Positions 25,724 to 35,143 of a stretch of 45,313 nucleotides of DNA are shown here, piece after piece; position 1 is the stretch's first letter; every line of letters begins with the position of its first letter. The notes under the pieces are model-generated. The model had not been told where the DNA came from, did not search any database, and was given only the letters and a program-made list of their open reading frames with translations. The stretch covers positions 1-45,313 of IMG/VR virus record IMGVR_UViG_3300028586_000647, one strand, 5' to 3'. This DNA is from a virus. Lineage: Duplodnaviria; Caudoviricetes. Made by a program: the position numbers and the translations under genes.

Positions 25724-28585
25724 ATGACATTACCCGTTACACTACGCCGCTGGCTGCTCGGCAGCACCTGCCTGCTGGCTACGGTGGCCCACGCCCAGAC
25801 CACTGCGCCACCGCCCACTCTACTCGATGACTTCAACCGGGCCGACAACACGACCGTGGGCGCGGGCTGGTCCGAAACCGAAAGCACGGCCAGCACCGGC
25901 GCGGCTATCATCAGCAACCAGCTCAAGCTCAGCAGCGGGGTGCTCGGCAAGGACTTCGTTTCGCGCGACGTCTCGACCCGCTACAGCCCCATCCTGCGCC
26001 AGAACGCCAACCAGCTGACGTGGCTCTTCAACATGCAGCAGAGCCGGCCCAATCCCTCGGGCTTTGCCAGCAATAATTACGGCCTGGCCTTCGTGCTGGC
26101 CGCCAGCGCCGCCGACTTCACGGCCGCCACGACCAACGGCTACGCGGTGGTGTATGGTAACAGCGGTACGCCCGACAGCCTGAAGCTGGTGCGCTTCACC
26201 GGCGGCCTGACTGGCCCGGCCAACCTCAAAACCCTGGCCAGTGTGAGCCTGCCCGTACCGGCGGCCGCCCCTGGCCCGGCCTCGACCGTGCGCGTGCTCT
26301 ATGCCCCAGATGAAGACAATTGGACGCTGGAAGTGGGGACCAGCAGCACGGCGTTCACCGCCCCGCTGACCACCACCTACACGCGCATCGGCATCCGCAA
26401 GGACTCGGCTTTTGTCAAAACGCCCCTGCCCTTTTTGGGCGCCTTCTGGAATCACGCGACCACAGCCAGCGAGTACGCTGTGTTCGACAACATCTACGTC
26501 ACGGCGCCCTGCGCTCTGGGGGCCGAGCCGACGACGGGTCCCAGCGCTCCGGCCGCAACGAACCTGAGCAGCAGCGGGGCCACGCTCAGCTGGGCCGCTG
26601 GCAACGGCACGGGCCAACTCGTGGTGGTGCGGCCCGCCAGTGCCTCGGCGACCGCCCCCACTGACGGCCTCACCTACGGCGGCAATGCGACCTACGGCAG
26701 CGGCCAGAGCGTAGGTGCGGGCTACGTGGTGTACGCTGGCACCGGTACCACAGTCAACGTCACCAACCTGCTACCCAACACGGCCTACGTTTACCATGTA
26801 TACGAACTGCTAGGCACGGGCTGCACAACCAACTACCTGCAAGCCTCGCCGGCCAGCGGCACGTTCACTACGCCCGCTTGCGTGCTGGCGACCGCGCCGA
26901 CCGTAGCCGCTACGCAGGCCACGGCCGCGGTAGCGGGCCGCACCAGCCTGACCTTTTCCTGGGTGAACGGTAATGGGGCCAGCCGCCTGGTGGTGGTGAG
27001 TCTCTCGGCGGCGCCGCTCAATCCGCCCACCAATGGCACGGGCTACGTCGCCAACGCCATCTATGGCGGCGGCAGCAAGGTCGGGGCGGCCTACGCTGTC
27101 TACAGCGGCCCCGGCACCAGCGTCACAGTCACGGGCCTGACGCCGGGCGCCACCTACACGGCCAACGTGTACGAGTTCAACGGCGCGGGCTGCGCAGCGG
27201 CCTATCTGACGGCCACCCCCGCGGTCGCCACCCTGCTCCTGCCCTTGCCGCCGGTGGGGTCCCTGCTCTACTTCCGGGGTAATATCCACGCCCACAGCAG
27301 CTACTCGGACGGCAACCAGGACGGCACCGCCGCCACGCCCCTGCAGGACTTCCAGTTTGCGGCGGCCTCCTTACACAGTGATTTCCTGGGTATTTCGGAG
27401 CACAACCACAGCCAGGCCGGCATGTCCTTACCCAACTATGCCCTGGGCCAGGCCCAGGCCGTGCAGGCCACTACGCCCAGCTTTGTGGCCCTCTACGGCA
27501 TGGAATGGGGCGTGATTAGCGGCGGCGGGCACGTAGTAGTCTATGGCGTCAACCAGCTGCTGGGCTGGGAGCCGGGCAACTACGACGTGTTCGTGGCCAA
27601 GAACGACTACCAGAGCTTGTTCAAGGAAATCAATAAGCGCCCCGGTGCCTTCGCCACGCTGGCCCACCCCCAGAGTGGGGACTACGGCAACCTGGCCGGC
27701 TCGGCGGCCTTCAGCATCCGCGCTGACTCGGCCATCGTGGGCACAGTGCTACGCTCTGGGCCAGCCACCTCAACTAATACGACCTACTCCAACCCGAGCA
27801 CGGGCAGCTACGAGGCTACGTTTACGGCCTTGCTGGCCAAGGGCTACCACACCGGTATCACCCTCGACCACGACAACCACAACACGACCTTCAACCGCAC
27901 CACCAACGGCCGCCTGGTCGTGCTGGCCCCGGCCCTGACGCGCACGGACCTGCTCGAAGCGCTGCGCCAGCGGCACTTCTTCGCATCCGACGACTGGAAC
28001 GCGGACGTGAGCTTCACCCTCAACGGTCAGGTCATGGGGTCCATCTTCACCGACGGCAGTTCGTCCACAGTGCAGGTGAGCGTGAGTGACGCCGATGCCG
28101 AAGCCCTGAGTTCATTGACCCTGCTGCGCGGGGTGCCCGGCAGTGGCGTTGCGGCAACGGTGGTGGCCACGGCTCCCGCCGGGGCCACGTCACTGAGCTT
28201 CGTGGATGCGCAAGCCAACCAAACCACGTACTACTATTACGCCGTTCTTGTGCAGGCAGATGGCGACCGTATCGTGACTTCGCCCATCTGGCACACCCGG
28301 CAGGTGGTGCTCGGCACCACCCCGGCGGCGAGTGAGCTGGCCCTGACGCTGTTTCCGAACCCCACGGCGGGCGCCGCGACGCTCTCCTACTACCTACCCA
28401 CGGCGGCCAGCATCAGCGCCGACGTAACGGATGCCCTGGGGCGGCACGTGGCTATGGTGACGAGCGACGAGCGCCAAGCCGCCGGCCCGCACACGCTGGC
28501 TGTGCCCGCACTACCGGCGGGGCTCTACCTGGTGCGCCTGCTGCACAATGGGATTGCGGAGTATCGTAAGCTGCTGGTAGAGTAA
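25724..28585 (+). CDS. T9SS-secreted protein: FN3-like repeats + PHP (CehA/McbA-like) metallohydrolase + CTD
   Basis: Signal peptide; two FN3-like repeats; GNIHAHSSYSDG, SEHNH, GMEW, AHP and DHDNH PHP motifs; LFPNP...GLYLVRL...KLLVE CTD. Confidence 0.88.
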   Translation: MTLPVTLRRWLLGSTCLLATVAHAQTTAPPPTLLDDFNRADNTTVGAGWSETESTASTGAAIISNQLKLSSGVLGKDFVSRDVSTRYSPILRQNANQLTWLFNMQQSRPNPSGFASNNYGLAFVLAASAADFTAATTNGYAVVYGNSGTPDSLKLVRFTGGLTGPANLKTLASVSLPVPAAAPGPASTVRVLYAPDEDNWTLEVGTSSTAFTAPLTTTYTRIGIRKDSAFVKTPLPFLGAFWNHATTASEYAVFDNIYVTAPCALGAEPTTGPSAPAATNLSSSGATLSWAAGNGTGQLVVVRPASASATAPTDGLTYGGNATYGSGQSVGAGYVVYAGTGTTVNVTNLLPNTAYVYHVYELLGTGCTTNYLQASPASGTFTTPACVLATAPTVAATQATAAVAGRTSLTFSWVNGNGASRLVVVSLSAAPLNPPTNGTGYVANAIYGGGSKVGAAYAVYSGPGTSVTVTGLTPGATYTANVYEFNGAGCAAAYLTATPAVATLLLPLPPVGSLLYFRGNIHAHSSYSDGNQDGTAATPLQDFQFAAASLHSDFLGISEHNHSQAGMSLPNYALGQAQAVQATTPSFVALYGMEWGVISGGGHVVVYGVNQLLGWEPGNYDVFVAKNDYQSLFKEINKRPGAFATLAHPQSGDYGNLAGSAAFSIRADSAIVGTVLRSGPATSTNTTYSNPSTGSYEATFTALLAKGYHTGITLDHDNHNTTFNRTTNGRLVVLAPALTRTDLLEALRQRHFFASDDWNADVSFTLNGQVMGSIFTDGSSSTVQVSVSDADAEALSSLTLLRGVPGSGVAATVVATAPAGATSLSFVDAQANQTTYYYYAVLVQADGDRIVTSPIWHTRQVVLGTTPAASELALTLFPNPTAGAATLSYYLPTAASISADVTDALGRHVAMVTSDERQAAGPHTLAVPALPAGLYLVRLLHNGIAEYRKLLVE

Positions 28586-28650
28586 TTTTAGTGCGCCCGT
28601 TTAGCATACGGACCAGCCCAGTAAGTTATCCTGCTTGCTGAGTTACTTAG

Positions 28651-28683
28651 AAAGCCCCGTCGACGTATCGGCGGGGCTTTTTT
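28651..28683. terminator. AAAGCCCCG-type hairpin
   Basis: AAAGCCCCG(T)CGA...TCGGCGGGGCTTT. Confidence 0.75.
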
Positions 28684-28704
28684 AGGCCTAGCTGATAACA
28701 CTTC

Positions 28705-28980
28705 TTACACGCACCCGCGCTGCAACTTCTGCTGAAGACTCAGCACATTGGGCCGAAAGTCTGGGTCATCGAGTAGCCAGTGCAGCGGCAGCCAGTGCAC
28801 CACGTCGGTGCCTGTGGGCGAGCGCACCTCACACGCAAAAAGGCGGTACTGTCAGCCTGCTGGCTCTCGACTCAGCCACATAGCAAACCGCAGTCCTACA
28901 CCCGCATACACGCCCCGCAGCTGCCCACGGTAGAGCTGCGCCGAGTCGGCCCAGCTTACCAGCTGCTTTCTATACCGCAT
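28705..28980 (-). pseudogene. Possible 91-codon gene with one in-frame TGA (28852-28854)
   Basis: MRYRKQLVSW...EPAG*QYRLFACEV...QRGCV reads in one frame from ATG to TAA. Confidence 0.4.
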
Positions 28981-29096
28981 GGAACGGCTAGCTAGCTGCG
29001 GCAGCTAGCAAAATCATAATTCGATGAATACTCACTAGCTCGATATATCCGCCTATATCTTTGTGTTACTCATATTATTACCTCTACTATTTGACG

Positions 29097-31628
29097 ATGT
29101 TAAAAAATTTACTTTTGTTTGGACTTTGCCTGCTGGCGGTGCCCATGATACCACAGCCGGCCGCCGCGCAGGCCCTCGACCCCACCTTCGCACCGCCCGC
29201 TAGTCTGTACTCATCGGGGGTGATTTATTCGATGGGCGCGCAGCAGGCCGATGGCAAGCGCGTAGTGGCCGGCTTTTTCGCGCGGATTAACAACGTGGCC
29301 GTCGGCAGTCTGGCGCGGCTTGACGCCAACGGGGCGCTCGACGCCACCTTTGCCCAGAACGTGGGTGTGGCCCGCAATACCTCCCGAGTGAAGACGTTGC
29401 CCAACGGGCAGTACCTCGTGAGTAGTTTTTTCAACGATGCCGTCACGGCGGGGGGCCTCACGCGGACGGCCCTGCTGCGCCTCAATGCCAGTGGCACGGC
29501 CGATGCCAGCTTTAACGCCGGCACTGGCGCCGCCGGCAACGCGCTTCAGGTAAGCACCTTTGTGGGGCAGCCAGACGGCAAAGTATTGGTGGGTGGCGCC
29601 TTTGATTCGTTTAGTGGTCAAATCACCAAAAGCATGGTGCGCCTCAACGCCGACGGTAGCCTCGACGCGGCTTTTAACGCCAACCTCGGCGCGGGCTTTA
29701 GCGGGGGGAGCGTCAATACCCTGGCCTTACAACCCGACGGCAAGGTGCTGGTAGCCGGCTCCTTCACGGACCTCAATGGCCTAACTGCCGCCCCGCTGGT
29801 ACGCCTCAACGCCGACGGCACCCGTGATGCTTCCTTTACCGTGCCCATCAGCCAAGGCTCCTACGTGGGCTCGGTACTGGTACAGCCCGACGGCAAGGTA
29901 ATCGTGACAGGTATTCTGAATGTCACCGGCGCTAATACTATCAGCATTGTGCGACTCACGGCCACCGGCGCGCTGGATACCAGCTTCACGGCGCCAGCTT
30001 CTACTCTTACTTACAGCGGCAGCTACTTTGACTCTAACGTGGTGCTCCAGCCCGATGGCAAGCTGCTCCTCACTGGCTCCTTCTTCGTGGGTGGTACTGC
30101 CTACGTCGTACGCCTCAACGCTAATGGCTCGCAGGATAACACATTTACCGTTACCAATGGGCCGTCGGACTATCCCTTCACGATAGGGCTGCAGAGCGAC
30201 GGGAGCATGCTGGTAGGTGGCTCCTTCGCCAAGTTTAACGGCCGCGAGACGCCTCTAGGACGCCTCACGGCCACCGGCGCAGCAGATGCCGCCTTTGTGC
30301 CAAAGGTGCAGGCCCCAGGCAGCGTAACGACAGTGGTGCGGCAGGCCGACGGGCAACTGGTGCTCGGCGGTGACTTTAGCGAGTACAACGGGCTAAGCGT
30401 GCACCGCCTGGCGCGGGTATCGGCCACCGGCACCCTCGATGCCGCTTTTACAGTGGCTACGGGCGCCCTGCCACTGGAGGGTCGGGTTACTTCCTTAGCT
30501 GTGCAACCCGATGGTAAGCTACTGGTGGGCGCTACCAGCGGGTTGCAGCGGCTGCTGACAACGGGTAGTCCTGACGCGAGCTTCAGCACTTTCGCGGCCA
30601 CCACTAGCATTGAAACGCTGGTTGAACAGCCTGATGGCAAAGTAGTAGTGGCCGGTTACTTCAATAATATACCAGGCAGCAACTCTACTCAGTCATTGGC
30701 GCGGCTGACCACCACCGGCGATTTAGATACGTCCTTCAATCCCAGTACAACTAATGCCCCCGGCGATACCTTTTACCTGACAGCTCTGGCGCTACAGTCC
30801 GATGGCAAGGTGTTGGTCGGCGGCAGCTTCCTTTCTAGCAGCGGACCCGTGCTACGGGTGCTGCGCTACGAGAGCACCGGGGCGGTGGATGCCTCTTTTA
30901 GCAACAGCACCCTGTTTGACGTTCCGGTTAACGCCGCCGGCGCCATTGTCCGCTTCAACGCCTTGGCCGTTCAACCTGACGGCAAGGTGCTGGTCGGCGG
31001 CTATTTCGCTACCGTCAGCGGCGCGGCCCGCACCAATCTGGCGCGCCTGAGTACCACGGGTCAACTCGATGCCACGTTCACGCCGCCGGCCACCCTTACC
31101 GGCGCGGTAACTGCTGTGGCCCTGCAATCCAACGGCCGCGTGCTGGTGGGCAGCGGCACCGGCAACGATGGCTCTTCCACGACTACCCCGCTAGTAAGAC
31201 TGCTCGCTACCGGAGCCAACGACCCTAGCTTTGGCACCACCGCTAATCCTGACAACTCCGTCGCCGCCTTGCTGGTGCAGCCCAATGGGGCTCTTGTAGT
31301 GGCGGGCAGCTTCACCACCATCGGCGGGCAGTCGGCAGCGGGCGTAGCCCGCCTTACCGATTCCGGTGTACTAGCCGTATCCGCACCTACAGCCCTAAGC
31401 ACGTTCAGTGTGTGGCCGGTGCCGGCTCATGGGCAATTACACGTTATTACCGAAGCTAACGCGCAGGGCGCCGAGCTACTGGACGGGCTGGGCCGGGTCG
31501 TACGGCAGCAGGCGTTGCGCGGAGCGGGTGAGTTTACGGTAGCTACTGACAATCTACCGGCAGGCGTGTATGTGCTACGAGTACAATCTACGAGTAGCAT
31601 CGTAGCACGGCGTGTAGTGCTAGAGTAG
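29097..31628 (+). CDS. Delta-60 repeat (DUF5122-like) beta-propeller protein with T9SS CTD
   Basis: Many QPDGKVLVGG.F...RL...G.LD.SF repeats; signal peptide; VWPVPA...GVYVLRV...RVVLE CTD; TATCTTTG -7 box at 29056-29063. Confidence 0.92.
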   Translation: MLKNLLLFGLCLLAVPMIPQPAAAQALDPTFAPPASLYSSGVIYSMGAQQADGKRVVAGFFARINNVAVGSLARLDANGALDATFAQNVGVARNTSRVKTLPNGQYLVSSFFNDAVTAGGLTRTALLRLNASGTADASFNAGTGAAGNALQVSTFVGQPDGKVLVGGAFDSFSGQITKSMVRLNADGSLDAAFNANLGAGFSGGSVNTLALQPDGKVLVAGSFTDLNGLTAAPLVRLNADGTRDASFTVPISQGSYVGSVLVQPDGKVIVTGILNVTGANTISIVRLTATGALDTSFTAPASTLTYSGSYFDSNVVLQPDGKLLLTGSFFVGGTAYVVRLNANGSQDNTFTVTNGPSDYPFTIGLQSDGSMLVGGSFAKFNGRETPLGRLTATGAADAAFVPKVQAPGSVTTVVRQADGQLVLGGDFSEYNGLSVHRLARVSATGTLDAAFTVATGALPLEGRVTSLAVQPDGKLLVGATSGLQRLLTTGSPDASFSTFAATTSIETLVEQPDGKVVVAGYFNNIPGSNSTQSLARLTTTGDLDTSFNPSTTNAPGDTFYLTALALQSDGKVLVGGSFLSSSGPVLRVLRYESTGAVDASFSNSTLFDVPVNAAGAIVRFNALAVQPDGKVLVGGYFATVSGAARTNLARLSTTGQLDATFTPPATLTGAVTAVALQSNGRVLVGSGTGNDGSSTTTPLVRLLATGANDPSFGTTANPDNSVAALLVQPNGALVVAGSFTTIGGQSAAGVARLTDSGVLAVSAPTALSTFSVWPVPAHGQLHVITEANAQGAELLDGLGRVVRQQALRGAGEFTVATDNLPAGVYVLRVQSTSSIVARRVVLE

Positions 31629-31673
31629 CCCTGAAGTAGTCTCTCTGTTCTCTTAACAACAGCTAAGTTTCTT

Positions 31674-31704
31674 AAAGCCCCGTGCTCCAAAGGCCGGGGC
31701 TTTT
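31674..31704. terminator. AAAGCCCCG-type hairpin
   Basis: AAAGCCCCG...CGGGGCTTTT. Confidence 0.7.
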
Positions 31705-31713
31705 ATTTACCTC

Positions 31714-31872
31714 ATGCACACCTACCGCCGCCTGCGCCACGCCACACGCTGGAACCGGCGCTATGCCTTCGGCTTGGCCATCCTGCTGCTACTGGTGCTG
31801 AGTTGGCGCGCTTACTGTGCCTGGCAGCGGGCGCAGCCTCATACCCAGCGCGGCCAACTTGCGCACCGCTAG
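31714..31872 (+). CDS. Small basic single-TM protein (52 aa; below the ORF-track cutoff)
   Basis: MHTYRRLRHATRWNRRYAFGLAILLLLVLSWRAY...; a degenerate second copy lies at 42188-42247. Confidence 0.55.
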   Translation: MHTYRRLRHATRWNRRYAFGLAILLLLVLSWRAYCAWQRAQPHTQRGQLAHR

Positions 31873-32726
31873 TTCGTCGGCCCCATATCGGTGCGGGCCT
31901 CCATGGTGTTCTGCACGCTCAGCGGCAACGCTGAAAGCAAATCCAGTCCAGAAGCTGCCTCGATAGCATCGACACTCGTGCGGTAGCCGCTCCAAGCTGA
32001 GTTCAGGCTGTTGTCGTTTGGCGTGTTGATGGCAATCACGCGGGTGCTACTCGTCACACGGCTTACGTCGTTGTTGCCCGTGGGCAGCACCACCACGACT
32101 TTCCAGCAGTTGGATGGCACCGTGACCTTACCGCCCGCAATAGTAGTCTGATAGCCTGCGCTACCCGTGCCACCCCGGCCGTAGGAGCCGCATACAATGT
32201 ATAGCTCGTTGCCTTGGCTCACGAGTTTACGACAGTAGTCTTCGAGGTTGCCCCACGTCTGCTGATTGTTATTGGGGGCCTGGGGCATCATGTTGCTCAT
32301 CAGAAACGTGGCCGAGTTGTCGGTCACCGTGGCTGTACGGTCGGCGCTGGGGCAGTTGTGGCCGCGGTCGAAGCCTGAGTTGCTGTAGTCGGTGGGCTTC
32401 ACCTGATGCCATCCGCTGGGCAGGCTGGCATCGGTCCGGAAATCATCTTGCCGGGGCGCACTGCCCATATCGGCCGCGCCCAGGTGCCAACTCACCCAAA
32501 TCGGCTTGCCCTGGTCCCGATTGTAGCCCGTAGCGTACTGCGTTTTCAGCAGCAGGTAGTTCGTCGGCGACGAGGTACTGCTCACGGCCCCACTCGGGTT
32601 GCCCATCAACAGATTGTCGTTGCTGGTATCGATGGCAACCGGTGCGGGCGAGTCGGTTTTCGAGCACGCCGTGGCCAGCAGGAGCAGTGCCCCAAGGGTA
32701 ACGGCGCGGGGTAGGTAGTAGCGCAT
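31869..32726 (-). CDS. DNA/RNA non-specific endonuclease (NucA/Serratia type), lipoprotein
   Basis: FDRGHNCPSAD, ATFLMSNMMPQ, WGNLE motifs; lipobox ATA-C. Confidence 0.93.
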   Translation of the reverse strand: MRYYLPRAVTLGALLLLATACSKTDSPAPVAIDTSNDNLLMGNPSGAVSSTSSPTNYLLLKTQYATGYNRDQGKPIWVSWHLGAADMGSAPRQDDFRTDASLPSGWHQVKPTDYSNSGFDRGHNCPSADRTATVTDNSATFLMSNMMPQAPNNNQQTWGNLEDYCRKLVSQGNELYIVCGSYGRGGTGSAGYQTTIAGGKVTVPSNCWKVVVVLPTGNNDVSRVTSSTRVIAINTPNDNSLNSAWSGYRTSVDAIEAASGLDLLSALPLSVQNTMEARTDMGPTN

Positions 32727-33051
32727 GAGGCCACAAAGATGGGCTAGCGACTGTTAGGGACAACACGGTCCTCGCTGCCCAGACCCTGCACTGGGCGGCC
32801 CAGTACTTGAGTTAGCCATATACAGCCTTGTGCATATGGCATCTGTAGCAGCGGGCAAACAGGTAGAAATACGGGGGCCATAATTAGGGTATTTCTACGC
32901 TAGTGTGCTACTGTTTCGCCCACTTATTTCGCCGCACTCTATGGTAGAGCATGCAGGTACCAAGCGCGCTTCGACTTCAGTCCCACCTTGTGGGGTGAGG
33001 CCTGATTGCAGTTAATATCTGTATAATACCTTTCTCTTTTTTCAATCAAAA

Positions 33052-33426
33052 ATGTCACTAGTCATCACAAGTACGAAAAACGCAAGCACGCCAAGCGGAG
33101 AGTACATCATTTTGCACGCAACAACTGCGCTAAACCTTAAAAACTACGCAGTTGTTGACCGGACATTCAATGCCGATGGATCAGTTTCTAACGAGCATCG
33201 TCATATCTTCTTCTTTCCAGCAAAAGAACTGAAGAAAGATGAGTGGGTTGTTCTGTACTCGGGTACAGGCACAAACGGAACGCCAGGCAAGTTTTCAAAC
33301 ACTGGCGACACCTATTATGCTTATTACTGGCAATCTGGCTCCTGCATTTGGAATAACGACGGTCGTGACTCGGCCAGCGTAATAAACTACACGCCTGGGA
33401 ACAGCATGAAGGTTGCTGCGGTGTAA
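33052..33426 (+). CDS. Lamin-tail-domain-like small protein
   Basis: EYIIL...NLKNY.V.D...FFFP...WVVLYSG.G...IWNNDG pattern; no signal peptide. Confidence 0.6.
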   Translation: MSLVITSTKNASTPSGEYIILHATTALNLKNYAVVDRTFNADGSVSNEHRHIFFFPAKELKKDEWVVLYSGTGTNGTPGKFSNTGDTYYAYYWQSGSCIWNNDGRDSASVINYTPGNSMKVAAV

Positions 33427-33500
33427 AAAACCATCCTTAGTAGAGCTGGCCTTTTTGAATTGTAAACAGAAAGGTGTTGCGAACCTCTCTACTCAAATAT

Positions 33501-33531
33501 AAGCCCCGCGCCTGACCGGCCGGGGCTTTTT
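33501..33531. terminator. AAGCCCCG-type hairpin
   Basis: AAGCCCCG...CGGGGCTTTTT. Confidence 0.7.
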
Positions 33532-33541
33532 CTTTGCAGCC

Positions 33542-33793
33542 ATGACCTTCTACGCCTTCCGCCTCCTCTCGCCCGTCATGCAGCTCTACTGGGTGATACA
33601 CCACGGCACCTACCTGGCCCAGCGCTGGGATAATGAGAGCGGCGTCAACCTCTACCACTGCGCCGGTGATGGGCGTGGCTTCTTTGTCGAGGTAGGTATC
33701 GATGACGGGCGCGAGCAGGCGGTGGTGCTGCGCAGTTTCGTGAGCTCGGTGCCACTAGAGGATTATGCACAGGGAATGCAGATGCCGGAGTAG
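33542..33793 (+). CDS. Small hypothetical protein of a type common in Bacteroidota
   Basis: MTFYAF.LL....Q...V...G.YLA.R......LY.......FFVEV pattern. Confidence 0.65.
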   Translation: MTFYAFRLLSPVMQLYWVIHHGTYLAQRWDNESGVNLYHCAGDGRGFFVEVGIDDGREQAVVLRSFVSSVPLEDYAQGMQMPE

Positions 33794-33859
33794 TGGGCAC
33801 AAAAATGCTCCTTTAACGCGCAATGGCCCACTCTCTGTTAGTCGGTGGCTCGCTACTAC

Positions 33860-35011
33860 CTAAAAACGCTGGCCCGCTAAGCGCACCGTGGCTACGTCGT
33901 CGATGAAGGCCACCGCCCGCGCGGCCAGCTGCGCCGCAAAGTCGCCGCCCATTAGCGCGCCAAAGCGTAACGCTGCGTCCTGCTGCAAGGCTTGGCCCAG
34001 CGCGACCGACTGCCCGTAGGTGCCGTAGCTGGTCGCCAAACCAGGACAGGCGGCAGCTAGGCTCGCCGCCGAGGGCAGGCGGTTGCGCTTGACGCGCTGA
34101 TTGAAGATGCGGTCTACGGGCAGCAGGTTCCACAGCTCATTGACGGGGTAGAAACTCAGTGGTAGCAGGTGGTCTAGGTCGTAGTCGCCAGGGCGGGTGA
34201 TGACCTTACCCGTCCAGGGGCAGGCGAAGCGGTGCTGCTCCAACAGCAGCACGTCGACGTGGTTACGCTCCCAGCTCAGCGGCCGGCGGTTATCGGGCCG
34301 GGCCGTGAGCAGCGCGTATACTTCTCCGCGTGGGGCCGCCCCCAGCTGCTCGGTGAACAGGCTCCACTCGTGCACGCACAACGCCTCGACGTAGAGCGAG
34401 AGGCGGTGGCAGGCCCGCCACAGGTACGCTGGAACTAACAGGCACCGCTCGGCCGGGTCAGTGCCTGGCAAGGGTGTGGCCATGGCGTCACGCAGGCGAA
34501 CGGGCACCGGAAACACGCCCTGTGCATTGGTCCCAGCGTGCTGAATGGGCATCAACAGGGCGGTGGCGGCCGCCTTGCGGGCGCGCTCGTAGGCGACCAG
34601 CAACTCAGCTGGGTACTGCGCTCGCCGCCGGGGCGTGCGCATCTCCGTCAGCAGGAGGTAGCCGTCGCCGGGCCGGCCAGGCCCCACCACCAACGGCTGC
34701 CAGGCGGTGCGCAGTTGAGTCAGGGCGGGGCGCAGGCCCATATCATGGCCGATGGTATCGCCACGGCGGGCGGGGCGGCCTTGCAGAATAGGCCGCTCAG
34801 GGTCAGTAAAGCTCCAGTAGTACGCCAGCCACCACTCGGCCAGGCGCGTGAGCGGCACGGCCACGGGTAGCTCGCCGGTGAGGGCCAAGTCGGGATGGCC
34901 GAGCACCACGTCGTTGAGCGCGCGCAGCAGGGCGAACTTATAGCTCGTCGTTTTGCTGTCGTGCTTGAGGATGGTGGCCAGCAACTGTTCACCAGTAGGT
35001 GCAGGGGACAT
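33860..35011 (-). CDS. HNH endonuclease domain protein (restriction-like)
   Basis: N-terminal TTSYKFALLRAL; C-terminal CPWTG...DLDHLLP...NELWNLLP...N..K. Confidence 0.85.
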   Translation of the reverse strand: MSPAPTGEQLLATILKHDSKTTSYKFALLRALNDVVLGHPDLALTGELPVAVPLTRLAEWWLAYYWSFTDPERPILQGRPARRGDTIGHDMGLRPALTQLRTAWQPLVVGPGRPGDGYLLLTEMRTPRRRAQYPAELLVAYERARKAAATALLMPIQHAGTNAQGVFPVPVRLRDAMATPLPGTDPAERCLLVPAYLWRACHRLSLYVEALCVHEWSLFTEQLGAAPRGEVYALLTARPDNRRPLSWERNHVDVLLLEQHRFACPWTGKVITRPGDYDLDHLLPLSFYPVNELWNLLPVDRIFNQRVKRNRLPSAASLAAACPGLATSYGTYGQSVALGQALQQDAALRFGALMGGDFAAQLAARAVAFIDDVATVRLAGQRF

Positions 35012-35143
35012 ACGGCGCGCAAGGTAGTGGAGGCTTATCCATTGCGCTGTCGCTGGCTTGCTGCTCTAATACCCGAGCCATTGACGCGAGGAGAGAAAAC
35101 AATCTATTATTGCTCCCGAATCCAGTACCATTCCCCTATCCAC

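Noticed and set aside
32930-33010. tRNA-like TGGTAGAGCA and small hairpins upstream of 33052
   Set aside because: No cloverleaf or T-arm; too little evidence for an ncRNA call
21933-33531. Integron with attC sites
   Set aside because: The hairpins lack RYYYAAC/GTTRRRY ends, cargo is on both strands, and the integrase is not recognisably IntI-like
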